A stretch of DNA of 64,000 bases from an uncultured Clostridia bacterium (GCA_947626165.1 CANQRG010000003.1:8375-72374), one strand, 5' to 3'. Shown: positions 9,453 through 19,219, counted from the stretch's first letter. The notes: generated by a model not told the origin, from the letters alone. Made by a program: numbers and translations.

Positions 9453-9577
9453 TATTACTTCTTGCAATTATCCATTATCAATTGTTTAGCCCGCCGTTTA
9501 TCAAGTTATAACATTTATCAAACTACCCAAAGGCGGCACTGGATGCAACGTCACCGTTGCCTTCGCTGGTCTTACCT
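9453..9577 (-). repeat. Inverted single unit of the intergenic repeat family
   Basis: The reverse complement contains gtaagacc...ggcaacggtgacgttgcatccagtgc (identical to 4666-4690), then a core variant, then caattgataatggataat. Confidence 0.75.
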
Positions 9578-10027
9578 CTATTCTCTAAAATACTTTTCAT
9601 CTAAATTCCTTGCGGCGAGCTCTACTAGCTCAACACAAGGTCTTTTTTTATAATAACTATCTGTTCTCAGCTCAGGAACAGGATTATCTACTCCCTTTTT
9701 AGACAGCCCCAAAAGCTCCCTGCATATTATTGAACCGTTCTGCTGTCTGAACTTCTCAGCAATTTCCTGAATATTTTTATAGTGCTCTGCTTTAGCTTTG
9801 TTATCCTTTGCATCATAACCGCCCTCTAACATTCCAAGCACCATAAATGAACCTGTCAATGCACCACAAACCTCTCTCATTCTACCCATTCCTCCGCCAA
9901 ATGACGAAGAAATTTTAAGTGCTGTATCTAAATTGAGTCCAAGCTCCTCGGCATAAGCGCCAAAAACCGCCTGAGAACAATTATATCCCCTTTTAAAAAG
10001 CTCTACAGCTTTTTTCGAGTGATCCAT
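9578..10027 (-). CDS. C_GCAxxG_C_C family redox-type protein
   Basis: YNCSQAVF...EVCGALTGSFMVLG...ICRELL...PCVELV matches the C-GCAxxG-C-C pattern. Confidence 0.8.
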   Translation of the reverse strand: MDHSKKAVELFKRGYNCSQAVFGAYAEELGLNLDTALKISSSFGGGMGRMREVCGALTGSFMVLGMLEGGYDAKDNKAKAEHYKNIQEIAEKFRQQNGSIICRELLGLSKKGVDNPVPELRTDSYYKKRPCVELVELAARNLDEKYFRE

Positions 10028-10171
10028 AAGTTATCCCCTTTCAAAAAATTTTGATATTATGTATTACAATATATTATATACTTTGAAAGCGGAAAAGTAA
10101 ACTTTGTTTTTTGCTAACAATTATAACTGTAACCAATACGCTTATTTAAGAGATTAATATAATTAGAAAAT

Positions 10172-10867
10172 CTACTTAGTTTTTTTCGATACATATTTTG
10201 AATAATCGCCTTCGACCTTTACTCCGTAATTGATTGTAATAGCTTTTACTCTCACATAATAATTAGATTTCTTTTTCAAGCCCTTTACTGTAACTGAATT
10301 TTTATCACTCGAAACAGTTTCGTAACTTACATTATTATTACCCTTTTTATTAGCAGAAACCTTTACCCTGTATTTAGTTGCACCGGGAATCTTCTTCCAA
10401 GTAATTTTAAAGCCTTTTTTCAGAGCATTTACCTTTGTAATTTTTACCCTTGATGGCTTAGTCATAGAAACTACCACTGGTTTTGCCGAGGTTGTTGAGG
10501 GCGGTGCAGCTGAAACCTGTGTAGTGGTTGTCTGACTTGTCATAACAGCATTTTTTGCCTCAAAGTTTTTTGTTTTATTTATATTACTGCTCGTTATAAC
10601 AAAGCATACTATAAGTACAACTGCTATAACTCCCCCACAAATACCGCAAATCATTCCCACCTTTTTTCCCTTTGGGTTTGGTTCACCGCTTTCGCCGAAT
10701 ACGAATTCATCATCATCCATATGAGAATCTTCATAGCTATCATTAAACTGATTTTCAACAGAGGATTTTAGTTCGCCGCCGCAATACGGACATACATCAT
10801 AGTCTTTATCCAACGGTCTTCTGCAATATTGACAAGACTTAACTGTTTTTTGATCTACATATCTCAT
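10172..10867 (-). CDS. Zinc-ribbon / single-TM protein with an extracellular Lys-rich Fn3-like module
   Basis: CQYCRRPL-x9-CPYCGG, TM segment VGMICGICGGVIAVVLIVCFVI, T/S-rich linker, then KITWKKIPGATKYRVKVS...YYVRVKAI. Confidence 0.8.
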   Translation of the reverse strand: MRYVDQKTVKSCQYCRRPLDKDYDVCPYCGGELKSSVENQFNDSYEDSHMDDDEFVFGESGEPNPKGKKVGMICGICGGVIAVVLIVCFVITSSNINKTKNFEAKNAVMTSQTTTTQVSAAPPSTTSAKPVVVSMTKPSRVKITKVNALKKGFKITWKKIPGATKYRVKVSANKKGNNNVSYETVSSDKNSVTVKGLKKKSNYYVRVKAITINYGVKVEGDYSKYVSKKTK

Positions 10868-10885
10868 TTTGTTTTTTCTCCTATC

Positions 10886-13309
10886 CTATTTTATAGTTTT
10901 GTAATTCAAATAAATACATTTTACATCCTTAAAGTTCTTTTCTTTCATACCTTTAAGTTCATATATTTCAATACGATAATCACCCTTTTTCTTTATTTGA
11001 TAAAACTTTTTAAATTTCTTTTTTCCATTACCCTTCATATAATCTTGCTTTACTTTTAGACTTATTTCTTTATTCTTTTTGTTGTATATTTTAATTCTAT
11101 ACTTACATCCGCCTCTTCTGGAAAATTTAATAATAATTTTTTTCTTTTTAATTTTAACTTTAGTTTTATTGCGAGAATTTATAATTTTTACTATCTTTTC
11201 ATTTTTTTTATTATTTTTACTAGTGTCTTTTGATGTTGTAACATTTGAACCGCTTTGTGTTAATACTTTTTGACCGCATAATTGGCAGATGCCATCATTT
11301 TTATATTTGTGTGCAGAAGGATTCTTATCAATTTCTTTAGTTTCTTCTTTATGACATAACTCACAAGTTCTTTTTTCTTCTCCTTTTTCATTGCATGTTG
11401 GTTCTTTTATTACCTCCCAATCGTCCCACTGGTGTGCAATAAAATTGTTATCAATTTCTTTAGTTTCTTCTTTATGACATAACTCACAAGTTCTTTTTTC
11501 TTCTCCTTTTTCATTGCATGTTGGTTTTTTTGTTACCTCCCAATCGTCCCACTGGTGTGCAATAGAATTGTTATCAATTTCTTTAGTTTCTTCTTTATGA
11601 CATAACTCACAAATTCTTTTTTCTTCTCCTTTTTCATTGCATGTTGGTTTTTTTGTTACTTCCCAATCGCCCCATCGGTGTGCATTCTCATCTAATGCAA
11701 CGATAATCTGATCCTTAACCTCTTCATATGTAGCAGGAGTTTCAAGTTCTACGCCGTTAATTGAAATTACTTTGTCGCAAACCTTACAATATACATATGC
11801 ATTTCTACCTGTTGCCTTACATGTAGGTGCAATTGCCTCATATGAAGTAGTTTCTTTATGACCTTCATGCTTTTCAGTAATTGGTTTTGAAAGTTCGTGA
11901 CAAACAGTACACTCAAGCTGATAGGTTCCGTCAGTTGTACAAGTTTTCTTTGTCCAGTTCTTTCTGTTAGCTTCTATATCATCAGCCCAATTATGTCCTA
12001 GAGCTTCTACTTCTCTGTACTCCTCTGCACCGCACTGAGAACACTCTATATATTGCCATCCATCTTTGGTACATGTTACAGGAGTATATTCTCCGCTCTT
12101 GTTAGAGTTTTTGTCAATTGCTTTCCAATCACTCCACTTATGACCTAATGCCTTAATAACGTCAGCCTTATCGATTTCATCTTGTCCCTCTGCATCACGG
12201 AAAAGTTTTTTGCAGTTTTTGCACTTCCATGAAACTGCTGTTCCTGTTTTTTCACATTCTGCAGGTGTACCTTCAACACGTTCAAGATTATGCTTGCATG
12301 TGAGTATATCACTCTTCTGAAGTGTTTCATCTAAACCAACTTCAGCTTCGCTTGATACTTCTACTGAGAAATTTTGAGTATTATTTGTATCAACTGGACT
12401 ACTTGAACCGCCGCTTGTACCTGGGTACATATTATTGACTTTACCACCTTTTATATTTACAGTTGCTTTGGTAATTGTTCCAGTAACAGTACTATCTTCT
12501 TTTTCTCCGCCTATGTAGAATTTTTCAATTGTACCGCCGCTTACATCAAATGCAGCAGAATCCATTGTACCTCTGTTAACAGACTGAACTTTTCCAATTG
12601 TTCCGCCGTTGATTTCTACAGTAGCTGCACCCGTATAACCGTTAGAGCCGCCTGCTCCTACAAATGTAATATTTCCGCCTTCAACGGTTACATTTGTTGT
12701 TCCGGTATAGCTAATACCCTCACCGCCGCCGAAAACAGTGTCAATGTTACATTCATTACCTTCAATTTTTACAGTTGCATTATCAACTTTGGTTGTAGCA
12801 TTAGCCGTATCACCTGAATACCATTGGCATTGATCTACAAGTCCTTTATAAGAAGATGCACCGCCTCCTTGTACAAAGTCGAGATCTGCATTGCCTTTAA
12901 CTGTTACTGTTGCAGTTTCAACATGTGACTTATGAAGTCCTCCGCCAAAGACACCATGTACTTTAACTCCATCAATTATAACTTCACTTGATTGTAAAGT
13001 TCCTTCCGTCTTATGACTTCCTCCGAATATAGTTACATTCTCAGGAATGTCGTTTCCGTCTTCACCAAGCTTTTTAGTTTGTCCCCCGAAGCTGTATTCT
13101 ACAACAACCTTGCCATCTTCGGTTTTAACCGTAATAGGCGTACCATTTGCGAATACACATGGTGATTTAGAAGAGCCAACTTCCTCAAATACTGGCTCTG
13201 TTGCCGAAGTATAATCTTCTGCAGAAACAAAGACCGTTGTCGATGGTATTGAACTTACCAACAGCGCAAAACAGCTTAAAATGCTTAAAGCCTTTCTTTT
13301 AATCTTCAA
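10886..13309 (-). CDS. Large secreted protein: Gly-rich beta-helix-like repeats, Cys-rich (CxxC) repeat array, C-terminal Lys-rich Fn3-like module
   Basis: Signal peptide MKIKRKALSILSCFALLVSS. Recurrent GG..(V/I).V.G units. Six or more modules of type H.W.DW...K.PTC...G...R.C..C. The C-terminus is strongly basic. Confidence 0.8.
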   Translation of the reverse strand: MKIKRKALSILSCFALLVSSIPSTTVFVSAEDYTSATEPVFEEVGSSKSPCVFANGTPITVKTEDGKVVVEYSFGGQTKKLGEDGNDIPENVTIFGGSHKTEGTLQSSEVIIDGVKVHGVFGGGLHKSHVETATVTVKGNADLDFVQGGGASSYKGLVDQCQWYSGDTANATTKVDNATVKIEGNECNIDTVFGGGEGISYTGTTNVTVEGGNITFVGAGGSNGYTGAATVEINGGTIGKVQSVNRGTMDSAAFDVSGGTIEKFYIGGEKEDSTVTGTITKATVNIKGGKVNNMYPGTSGGSSSPVDTNNTQNFSVEVSSEAEVGLDETLQKSDILTCKHNLERVEGTPAECEKTGTAVSWKCKNCKKLFRDAEGQDEIDKADVIKALGHKWSDWKAIDKNSNKSGEYTPVTCTKDGWQYIECSQCGAEEYREVEALGHNWADDIEANRKNWTKKTCTTDGTYQLECTVCHELSKPITEKHEGHKETTSYEAIAPTCKATGRNAYVYCKVCDKVISINGVELETPATYEEVKDQIIVALDENAHRWGDWEVTKKPTCNEKGEEKRICELCHKEETKEIDNNSIAHQWDDWEVTKKPTCNEKGEEKRTCELCHKEETKEIDNNFIAHQWDDWEVIKEPTCNEKGEEKRTCELCHKEETKEIDKNPSAHKYKNDGICQLCGQKVLTQSGSNVTTSKDTSKNNKKNEKIVKIINSRNKTKVKIKKKKIIIKFSRRGGCKYRIKIYNKKNKEISLKVKQDYMKGNGKKKFKKFYQIKKKGDYRIEIYELKGMKEKNFKDVKCIYLNYKTIK
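11326..11694 (-). repeat. Three near-identical in-frame 123-bp tandem repeats inside the 807-aa gene
   Basis: Unit starts at 11326, 11449 and 11572. Each encodes AHQWDDWEVTKKPTCNEKGEEKRTCELCHKEETKEIDNN.I (41 aa). Confidence 0.9.
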
Positions 13310-13427
13310 TGTTGTTTACCTCTTTTCAATTTTTATTAAATATTAAGCTTACGGCTTCACAAGTAACAATATTCTGTCCGCTTGCTTTATTAAGTAACAG
13401 TAAAATGAACACCACCTTTTACCATTC

Positions 13428-14648
13428 TTAATACCTCTCTAATTCAATAAATTTTTTTGATATCCATCCGTATTGACCATTGTAGTATGTTAAATAAAAT
13501 TGTCCGCTTGTGTTATATATCGGAAGTCCATACTCGTCATATGGAATCTGATCAAGTTCTTTTGAAGAATATGACGGAGAATCCCTAAGTATCAAATATG
13601 AATCGCTGTCTACATCAACCACATATCCCGAATATGAACTGTACTTCAATTTAATTAGACATCTAGATGATATCCATCCGTTAAGAGTCGGAAAATACAT
13701 CCATTTAGTACCTTTAACACTTTTATAAGCCGACGCTGTATAGCTGTCGCCCACAGATACAGCGGTTTCGGCATAATAGCTTGTACCCGGTCCCCGCCTT
13801 ACGTTAATTTCTGTTTCTCCCGTCATATATACCAAATAGTCGCTGGAATCGTTAGAATAGCTCGGTGTTATGTACTCCATATTATATTTCTCAAGCGTGC
13901 TTATGGAAGCTGATGACGGACTGCTCGCTAAAGTCGTATCTGTTGCTTTAACTCGTTGATAGAAGGTATATTCTCTTCCGGGCTTTAGATTAGTAAAGTT
14001 TGTGCTTGCCTGCCAGCTATTCCCGTTGATCGAATACTCACACCCATCTACATTCTGAAGGGTTATCGAAGTTTTTGTTCTGCTAACGTCAACAGGCTCT
14101 GCCGGAGGATTTGCAGGCTGCATTATTATAACTTTGGTTGCCTGAGACTGAGGGGATTTGTACCGTACAAAATATGTATTCGGAGACAGTCCCGTTATCT
14201 CATTTGAAGTAATCTGCAAATATGAATTTCCTCCGTCAGCGCTGTACTCCATTGTGTTATCCACGTTTTGAATTTTCCCGTCGTCAGCGCCGTTATAAGT
14301 ACAGTTTACACCTTTAACTACAGGACCGCTGTTTTGAACTGCAGGTTCGGAAATCAATATTTCCGTATCTTCGCTCATGAAATTGCTATCGGTCTTTTTG
14401 TATCTGACATAATACTTTCCTGCTTTAAGTCCTGTTATTATGTCGGTTGTTATTTCAATATACGATTCAGAGCCTTCTGGCTTGTACTCCATTGAACTGT
14501 TTACTCCCGTTATCTGACCGTCAGCAGCTCCCTGTTTTGAGCAGTCAATACCTGCCACTCCCTCAGGGGCATCGGGTAATACACTGTAATCACACCCCGA
14601 AAATAATGAAATGCATAATATTATTAATAAACTTACGACCTTTTTCAT
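13428..14648 (-). CDS. Lipoprotein with Ig/Fn3-like repeats and two C-terminal SH3b domains
   Basis: Start moved to the ATG at 14648 (AGGAG RBS). Lipobox LFSGC. Duplicated module DG.I.GV...MEY...G.SY..IT...ITGL..G.Y.VRYK. SH3b-like INVRRGPGTSY...GWISSRCL and YLILRDSPS...YGWISKKFI. Confidence 0.8.
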   Translation of the reverse strand: MKKVVSLLIILCISLFSGCDYSVLPDAPEGVAGIDCSKQGAADGQITGVNSSMEYKPEGSESYIEITTDIITGLKAGKYYVRYKKTDSNFMSEDTEILISEPAVQNSGPVVKGVNCTYNGADDGKIQNVDNTMEYSADGGNSYLQITSNEITGLSPNTYFVRYKSPQSQATKVIIMQPANPPAEPVDVSRTKTSITLQNVDGCEYSINGNSWQASTNFTNLKPGREYTFYQRVKATDTTLASSPSSASISTLEKYNMEYITPSYSNDSSDYLVYMTGETEINVRRGPGTSYYAETAVSVGDSYTASAYKSVKGTKWMYFPTLNGWISSRCLIKLKYSSYSGYVVDVDSDSYLILRDSPSYSSKELDQIPYDEYGLPIYNTSGQFYLTYYNGQYGWISKKFIELERY

Positions 14649-14661
14649 AATGTCCACTCCT

Positions 14662-15267
14662 TTACTCCCAACCATTATCTTTCGATTTGTCATCGCTTGA
14701 TTTACGAGAAGTATTTTTTCTGCTATAATTCGCAGTTGGTGCTTGTGTAAATTGACTTCTAGTTTGTGTTGTTATGGGTATTTCAGTTACTGCTTTTGGC
14801 TCAGTTGCAATAGGCTTTGTTGTAGATTTTGCAGTTGTTGCTCTCTGCTTTTTCTCATTCAAATTGCTTTTATGAATATATCCTATTTTACCCTTGTATT
14901 TTACTTTCCAAATTTTTTTGTTATTTTTGTTAAGCACGATTACCTTTATAGGTTTTTTGCCATTTGGAGTAAACTCTTCTAAAACCCTACTGTTAGTATC
15001 TGCCTTTTCATACATTGCGACATACTCTTTTTCCGGATTATATTTTATGTAATAAGGTTCATTTAAAGTTATCTCCACTGTCGTTTGACGAGTCGTAGTA
15101 ACATTATTAACAATAGTAGTTGTGATCGTAGATGACTCACTTTCTACATAACTGTTATATTTTTCATCAATTTTATCAGCTATGCTTAAAGTTGTTTCTA
15201 ATCCGCTTTTACATCCTGTAAGTATTGCAATACAAACTATCATTGTTACACTTGCTAATCTTTTCAT
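14662..15267 (-). CDS. Lipoprotein with one SH3b-like domain
   Basis: Lipobox ILTGC. LNEPYYIKYNPEKEYVAMYEKAD...WKVKYKGKIGYIHKSNL. Paralogous to modules in 15281-16267 and 22322-23005. Confidence 0.8.
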   Translation of the reverse strand: MKRLASVTMIVCIAILTGCKSGLETTLSIADKIDEKYNSYVESESSTITTTIVNNVTTTRQTTVEITLNEPYYIKYNPEKEYVAMYEKADTNSRVLEEFTPNGKKPIKVIVLNKNNKKIWKVKYKGKIGYIHKSNLNEKKQRATTAKSTTKPIATEPKAVTEIPITTQTRSQFTQAPTANYSRKNTSRKSSDDKSKDNGWE

Positions 15268-15280
15268 TTAATTCACTCCT

Positions 15281-16267
15281 TTACTCCAAACCGTAACCAT
15301 TATCTTTTGAATTATCATTATTTGTTTGTTTATCAATATTTTGCCCCGTTTGCGGTTTTACATATGTATTAGTATACGTTTGATAGGCTCTTGTGTTTTG
15401 CACAGTTGTTTCAGTAGTAGTGGTAGTTGTCGTTGTCATTGTAGTTGCCTTTTGCTTATCCCTAACTAAATTGTCTTTGTGAATATAGCCTGTCTTGCCT
15501 TTGTATTTAACCTCCCACAAATTAGCATCATCTTTGTTGAGTACAGTTACCTTTATTGCGGTTTTCCCATTAGGAGTAAGCCGATATTTAACTTTGCTAT
15601 CATTATTGGCTTCTCTATACATTTGAATTGATAGAATATGATTGTTCTCCAAATCATACTTTAACTTTATGTAATACGGTTCGTTTAGAGTAGTTTCTGT
15701 TGTTGTAGTTGTTGTTGAATATGTTGTTTGCATCTTTTTTGTTGTAGTTTCAGAGACTTCTGGCAAATATTTTTTCACATCTCGTTTTCTTACATATTTA
15801 TCTTTGAATTGCCCATCAATTATACGGAAATATTTGTTACCATTACTAAGTTCAGGAGTTTTGCTTATAATTAATTTATCACCGTCTTTCAATTGTTTAA
15901 ACTTTTCGTTTTTCTTAGTATATACCCACAGCTCTTCGCCTTTTGGTAACTTAACGATCATTTCATCTCCTCTTTGAATTGAATCGCTTATATTTTTACC
16001 AGTTGGTAAATTAGTTAAAAGTCTTGGAAAAGCTATTGCTCCGACTACAACCACTACCAAAACGAAACATATAGGCAGTATTACCGCAATTAAAGAACCT
16101 TTCCTCTTCTTTGACAGCGGCGGTATGTTAGGAATTCTGTCTAATTCCGTATAAAGAAGTTTTTCTATAAATTCAAAATCATTTTTATTTTCACCAATCG
16201 GATCTTCTCCGCATTTACAAAACTTTTTATTAAATTCAATACTTCTTCCGCAATTTTTGCAAAGCAT
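15281..16267 (-). CDS. Zinc-ribbon / single-TM protein with two SH3b-like domains
   Basis: MLCKNCGRSIEFNKKFCKCGE, TM segment LIAVILPICFVLVVVVVGAIAF, poly-Thr linkers, WEVKYKGKTGYIHKDNL. Confidence 0.8.
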   Translation of the reverse strand: MLCKNCGRSIEFNKKFCKCGEDPIGENKNDFEFIEKLLYTELDRIPNIPPLSKKRKGSLIAVILPICFVLVVVVVGAIAFPRLLTNLPTGKNISDSIQRGDEMIVKLPKGEELWVYTKKNEKFKQLKDGDKLIISKTPELSNGNKYFRIIDGQFKDKYVRKRDVKKYLPEVSETTTKKMQTTYSTTTTTTETTLNEPYYIKLKYDLENNHILSIQMYREANNDSKVKYRLTPNGKTAIKVTVLNKDDANLWEVKYKGKTGYIHKDNLVRDKQKATTMTTTTTTTTETTVQNTRAYQTYTNTYVKPQTGQNIDKQTNNDNSKDNGYGLE

Positions 16268-16294
16268 ATTTTTACTCCTTTATTTTATGAATTA

Positions 16295-17362
16295 TCACTT
16301 ATGCATTCCCATATTGATTTTTAAACCGCTGCTAACAGGCTTGTCCTTAATTTCTTTTTCAGGCGATTTTTTTATAGGCACAAATCTAGGTGTCGGAGAA
16401 TGAGAATTTATTTTTACTTTGGTCAAATCTTCAAATACTTCTTTAATTGAAATTCTTTGATCAGGATCTTTAACAAGCATTCTTTCTATAATTGATCTTA
16501 TATCATACGGGATACTATTATCTAAAATCGGAGGTTCATCATTCAATACCGATTCATAAACATAATGATAGTCCGATGATATTTCCGGAGTCTTCCCGCA
16601 CATATACTGATGAAAAATTATTCCCAATGCAAACACATCTATTTTTGTTGTAAGCTTTGCGTCTTTACCTATCATTCTCAAAAATGTTTCTGGAGCTAAA
16701 TATACAAAATCGCCTTTTATATCCTCAGAGCTTTTAGGCGGTTCACTTTCAAAATAGCTATCGCTTATATCTATTATCTTAGCTGTATATGTACCGCTAG
16801 CCGTCTTTTTTACTATTATGTTGTTCAATTTTAAATCTGCGTGAACTACTGACACATTGTTTAACCTTATCAAACAATGTGCAAGAACCTTTAATAGTAT
16901 GATTTTATTTTCTATCGGCAAGCCTGAAATTATATCTAAACTTATTCCCTCTTCTATCTTTTCTGTTACTTGGTAAAATTTGTTTCCGAATTTAAAAAAA
17001 TGTTTTACTACAACTATGTTTCCGTTTGATACGCTTGTTATAGCCTTAAATAGTCTTTGTCTATCATCATACCACTGTTTACATATCTCTTTTTGCTTGT
17101 TTTTTATGCTTTCCGATATCTCCGAACTGCTCGGAAATACCGGATATAAAAATTCCTTTATAAAATATTCTTTACCATTTTTATTGGCAAATCCCCATCG
17201 GGAAAAGCCTGAATTCTTTGTAGTAAATCCCTGCTCTACTACATATCCGTTTATTACTTCTCTTTTTCCGCTGAATATGCTGTCGTTTTTCTTTACCTTT
17301 TTGTTTTTAATTTTAGTTTCTGTCACCTTCTTTTCAGAAGTAGACGGTATATATACTGGCAT
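16295..17362 (-). CDS. Ser/Thr protein kinase, divergent (Hanks-type catalytic core)
   Basis: Catalytic loop VVHADLKLNNIIV, IIDISDS in the DFG position, YLAPE, DVFALGIIFHQ, and a putative VAIK-type Lys in EYFIKEF. No clear GxGxxG loop. Confidence 0.8.
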   Translation of the reverse strand: MPVYIPSTSEKKVTETKIKNKKVKKNDSIFSGKREVINGYVVEQGFTTKNSGFSRWGFANKNGKEYFIKEFLYPVFPSSSEISESIKNKQKEICKQWYDDRQRLFKAITSVSNGNIVVVKHFFKFGNKFYQVTEKIEEGISLDIISGLPIENKIILLKVLAHCLIRLNNVSVVHADLKLNNIIVKKTASGTYTAKIIDISDSYFESEPPKSSEDIKGDFVYLAPETFLRMIGKDAKLTTKIDVFALGIIFHQYMCGKTPEISSDYHYVYESVLNDEPPILDNSIPYDIRSIIERMLVKDPDQRISIKEVFEDLTKVKINSHSPTPRFVPIKKSPEKEIKDKPVSSGLKINMGMHK

Positions 17363-17384
17363 TTTTCAATTCACCTGATTTTCA

Positions 17385-18356
17385 TTAGTTACTATAATAA
17401 TTTGTCTTATATTTCTCCCACAGCTCGTATTTAATATCATCTGTGTATGCATCTTCCATAACGCTTATATAATGATCATAAATATACTTTTCTCTATCCA
17501 TAAAATACGATTTCATAGATTTGAACGAACCAAATCCTGTAGCTATAATTCCGAATGTAAAGTCGTCTGCTGTAAATGTATTTATATAATCTCTTATCTT
17601 TTCTTCAAATTCCATTATGTTTTCCGATGAACATATTGAATCCAAAATAACATATTCAAAATGCATAGGTGTAGGAAAATACCCAAAACAACCGTCTGTT
17701 GCAGAAATGAACAACGACGGTTTATTAACTTTTACCAATTTAAAATGAATATCAAAGTCCACACCTAAATTAATTACATTGCTCAGCGAGGCATCGCTTG
17801 AGATGTTACTCATTGCGTCCTGTTCTCCGTTTAAATCATCCTCTGTAACCTGTCTCAACCCGCTTGAATCCAATATGTAGCCTCTTGAATCTCCGACCCA
17901 CAAAAATTCGCTGTTGATATGACCGTTTTGACAACTTACTGATATTATTGAGGCAGTCGTGGGGAAGCTTTTACTTGCCAAGCTTCCCCTGAGCTCTGAA
18001 CCTCTATTAAGACATTTATTGTTTATTTCATCAAGTGCTTTGCAATATTCATATTTTAATTTTTTACAATCGCTTATATCAAAATCAAACGAACCGCTGT
18101 TTTCATAGTATTCCAATGTTTTATAGGCGCAGACCCTTGATGCAAGATAAGCGCCTGTATATGTTTCAGTGGTTTCAGCGTCGATTTTATATCTTTTTGC
18201 ACCAATTCCTCCGCAGCCGTCAAAAACGGCTATAAACGCATTATTGTTTTGACATTCTCTAGGATATGAGTAAGAAAAATAATCTTCTCCCATACCTTCT
18301 TTTTTTTCCTCACTGTAAACATCTACTATGTTAAAATATTCACTTAATTCGTACAC
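17385..18356 (-). CDS. PP2C-family Ser/Thr phosphatase
   Basis: GEDYF, IAVFDGCGGIGA, LWVGDSRGY, ISATDGCFGY and ADDFTF, in the order expected for PP2C metal-binding motifs. Confidence 0.85.
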   Translation of the reverse strand: MYELSEYFNIVDVYSEEKKEGMGEDYFSYSYPRECQNNNAFIAVFDGCGGIGAKRYKIDAETTETYTGAYLASRVCAYKTLEYYENSGSFDFDISDCKKLKYEYCKALDEINNKCLNRGSELRGSLASKSFPTTASIISVSCQNGHINSEFLWVGDSRGYILDSSGLRQVTEDDLNGEQDAMSNISSDASLSNVINLGVDFDIHFKLVKVNKPSLFISATDGCFGYFPTPMHFEYVILDSICSSENIMEFEEKIRDYINTFTADDFTFGIIATGFGSFKSMKSYFMDREKYIYDHYISVMEDAYTDDIKYELWEKYKTNYYSN

Positions 18357-18452
18357 AATAAATACCTCCGAATTTATTTACCGTTATATAACTGTTATTA
18401 AGTATGTTTTGATATAAGTAATTCAACTAATGATAAATAATTCAATTTAAAA

Positions 18453-19139
18453 TTATATGCTGTTTGCTATTGCGTCAATGATTGTAGAATAGTCGTAATC
18501 ATCTAATCCCTCTCCTGCCAGAGATGGAAAATGTATTACATTCTCCCAGTTATCTGATATTGTGTTCCAATAAGGCGCGTCCGGAGCAAAAAGCAGCAAT
18601 CTCTTTTCTGAAAAGCCTACATATCCATTAAGCTGTGCGTTTCCCCACCAGGAGGTAAGCTCATTGAAATCCTTTGCCATATTTTTAGGATAGTTCGGGG
18701 CTTCAGCGCCATAACCAAGATTATGAGTTGACGCATCCGTCCAAACTACAATAACCTGCCTTTTCTTTATTCCCTCAGTATCCCATGGCGAACGGATTGC
18801 ATAGCCGAGCGCTTCAAGACCATCTTCCGGCTCGTCTCCTCCTCCCTCTGGTACTATTGAATTTATGGTATTGCTGAATTCTTCAATTTGGTCAGGCAAT
18901 ACGAAAAAATCTGTTTCCATCATTGCATCATCGCCGTCGGCCAGATAATCTCTGAACGAAACAACTCTCACTCTAAGTTTATTTATTATTTTTGTCTCTG
19001 CTGCCATTGCAGCCATAACATCTTCAAAAAAGTGCAGAGCATTGTCCTTTACCATGTCTATAACAGGTACCATACTTGCCGTTGAATCAATGCACAATAC
19101 TAAATCAATATTATATGTAATTTGATAGTTCTCTGCCAT
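18453..19139 (-). CDS. Cytoplasmic von Willebrand factor A (vWA) domain protein, TerY-like
   Basis: MIDAS DxSxS in LVLCIDSTASM, later VVWTDAS, ~228 aa Rossmann-like alternation, no signal peptide. Confidence 0.8.
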   Translation of the reverse strand: MAENYQITYNIDLVLCIDSTASMVPVIDMVKDNALHFFEDVMAAMAAETKIINKLRVRVVSFRDYLADGDDAMMETDFFVLPDQIEEFSNTINSIVPEGGGDEPEDGLEALGYAIRSPWDTEGIKKRQVIVVWTDASTHNLGYGAEAPNYPKNMAKDFNELTSWWGNAQLNGYVGFSEKRLLLFAPDAPYWNTISDNWENVIHFPSLAGEGLDDYDYSTIIDAIANSI

Positions 19140-19219
19140 AATAATCCTCCTAGATATTTTTAGACTAAGATAAATCTAATAATTCTTTGATAAAAGCTGT
19201 ATAAATCGTAAAGCCTTTA

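Noticed and set aside
10886-13309. Cys-rich repeats as a RiPP/bacteriocin precursor or a cytoplasmic zinc-finger protein
   Set aside because: The protein has a signal peptide and is 807 aa long. There are no adjacent modification or export genes. The repeats are structural modules of a secreted protein.
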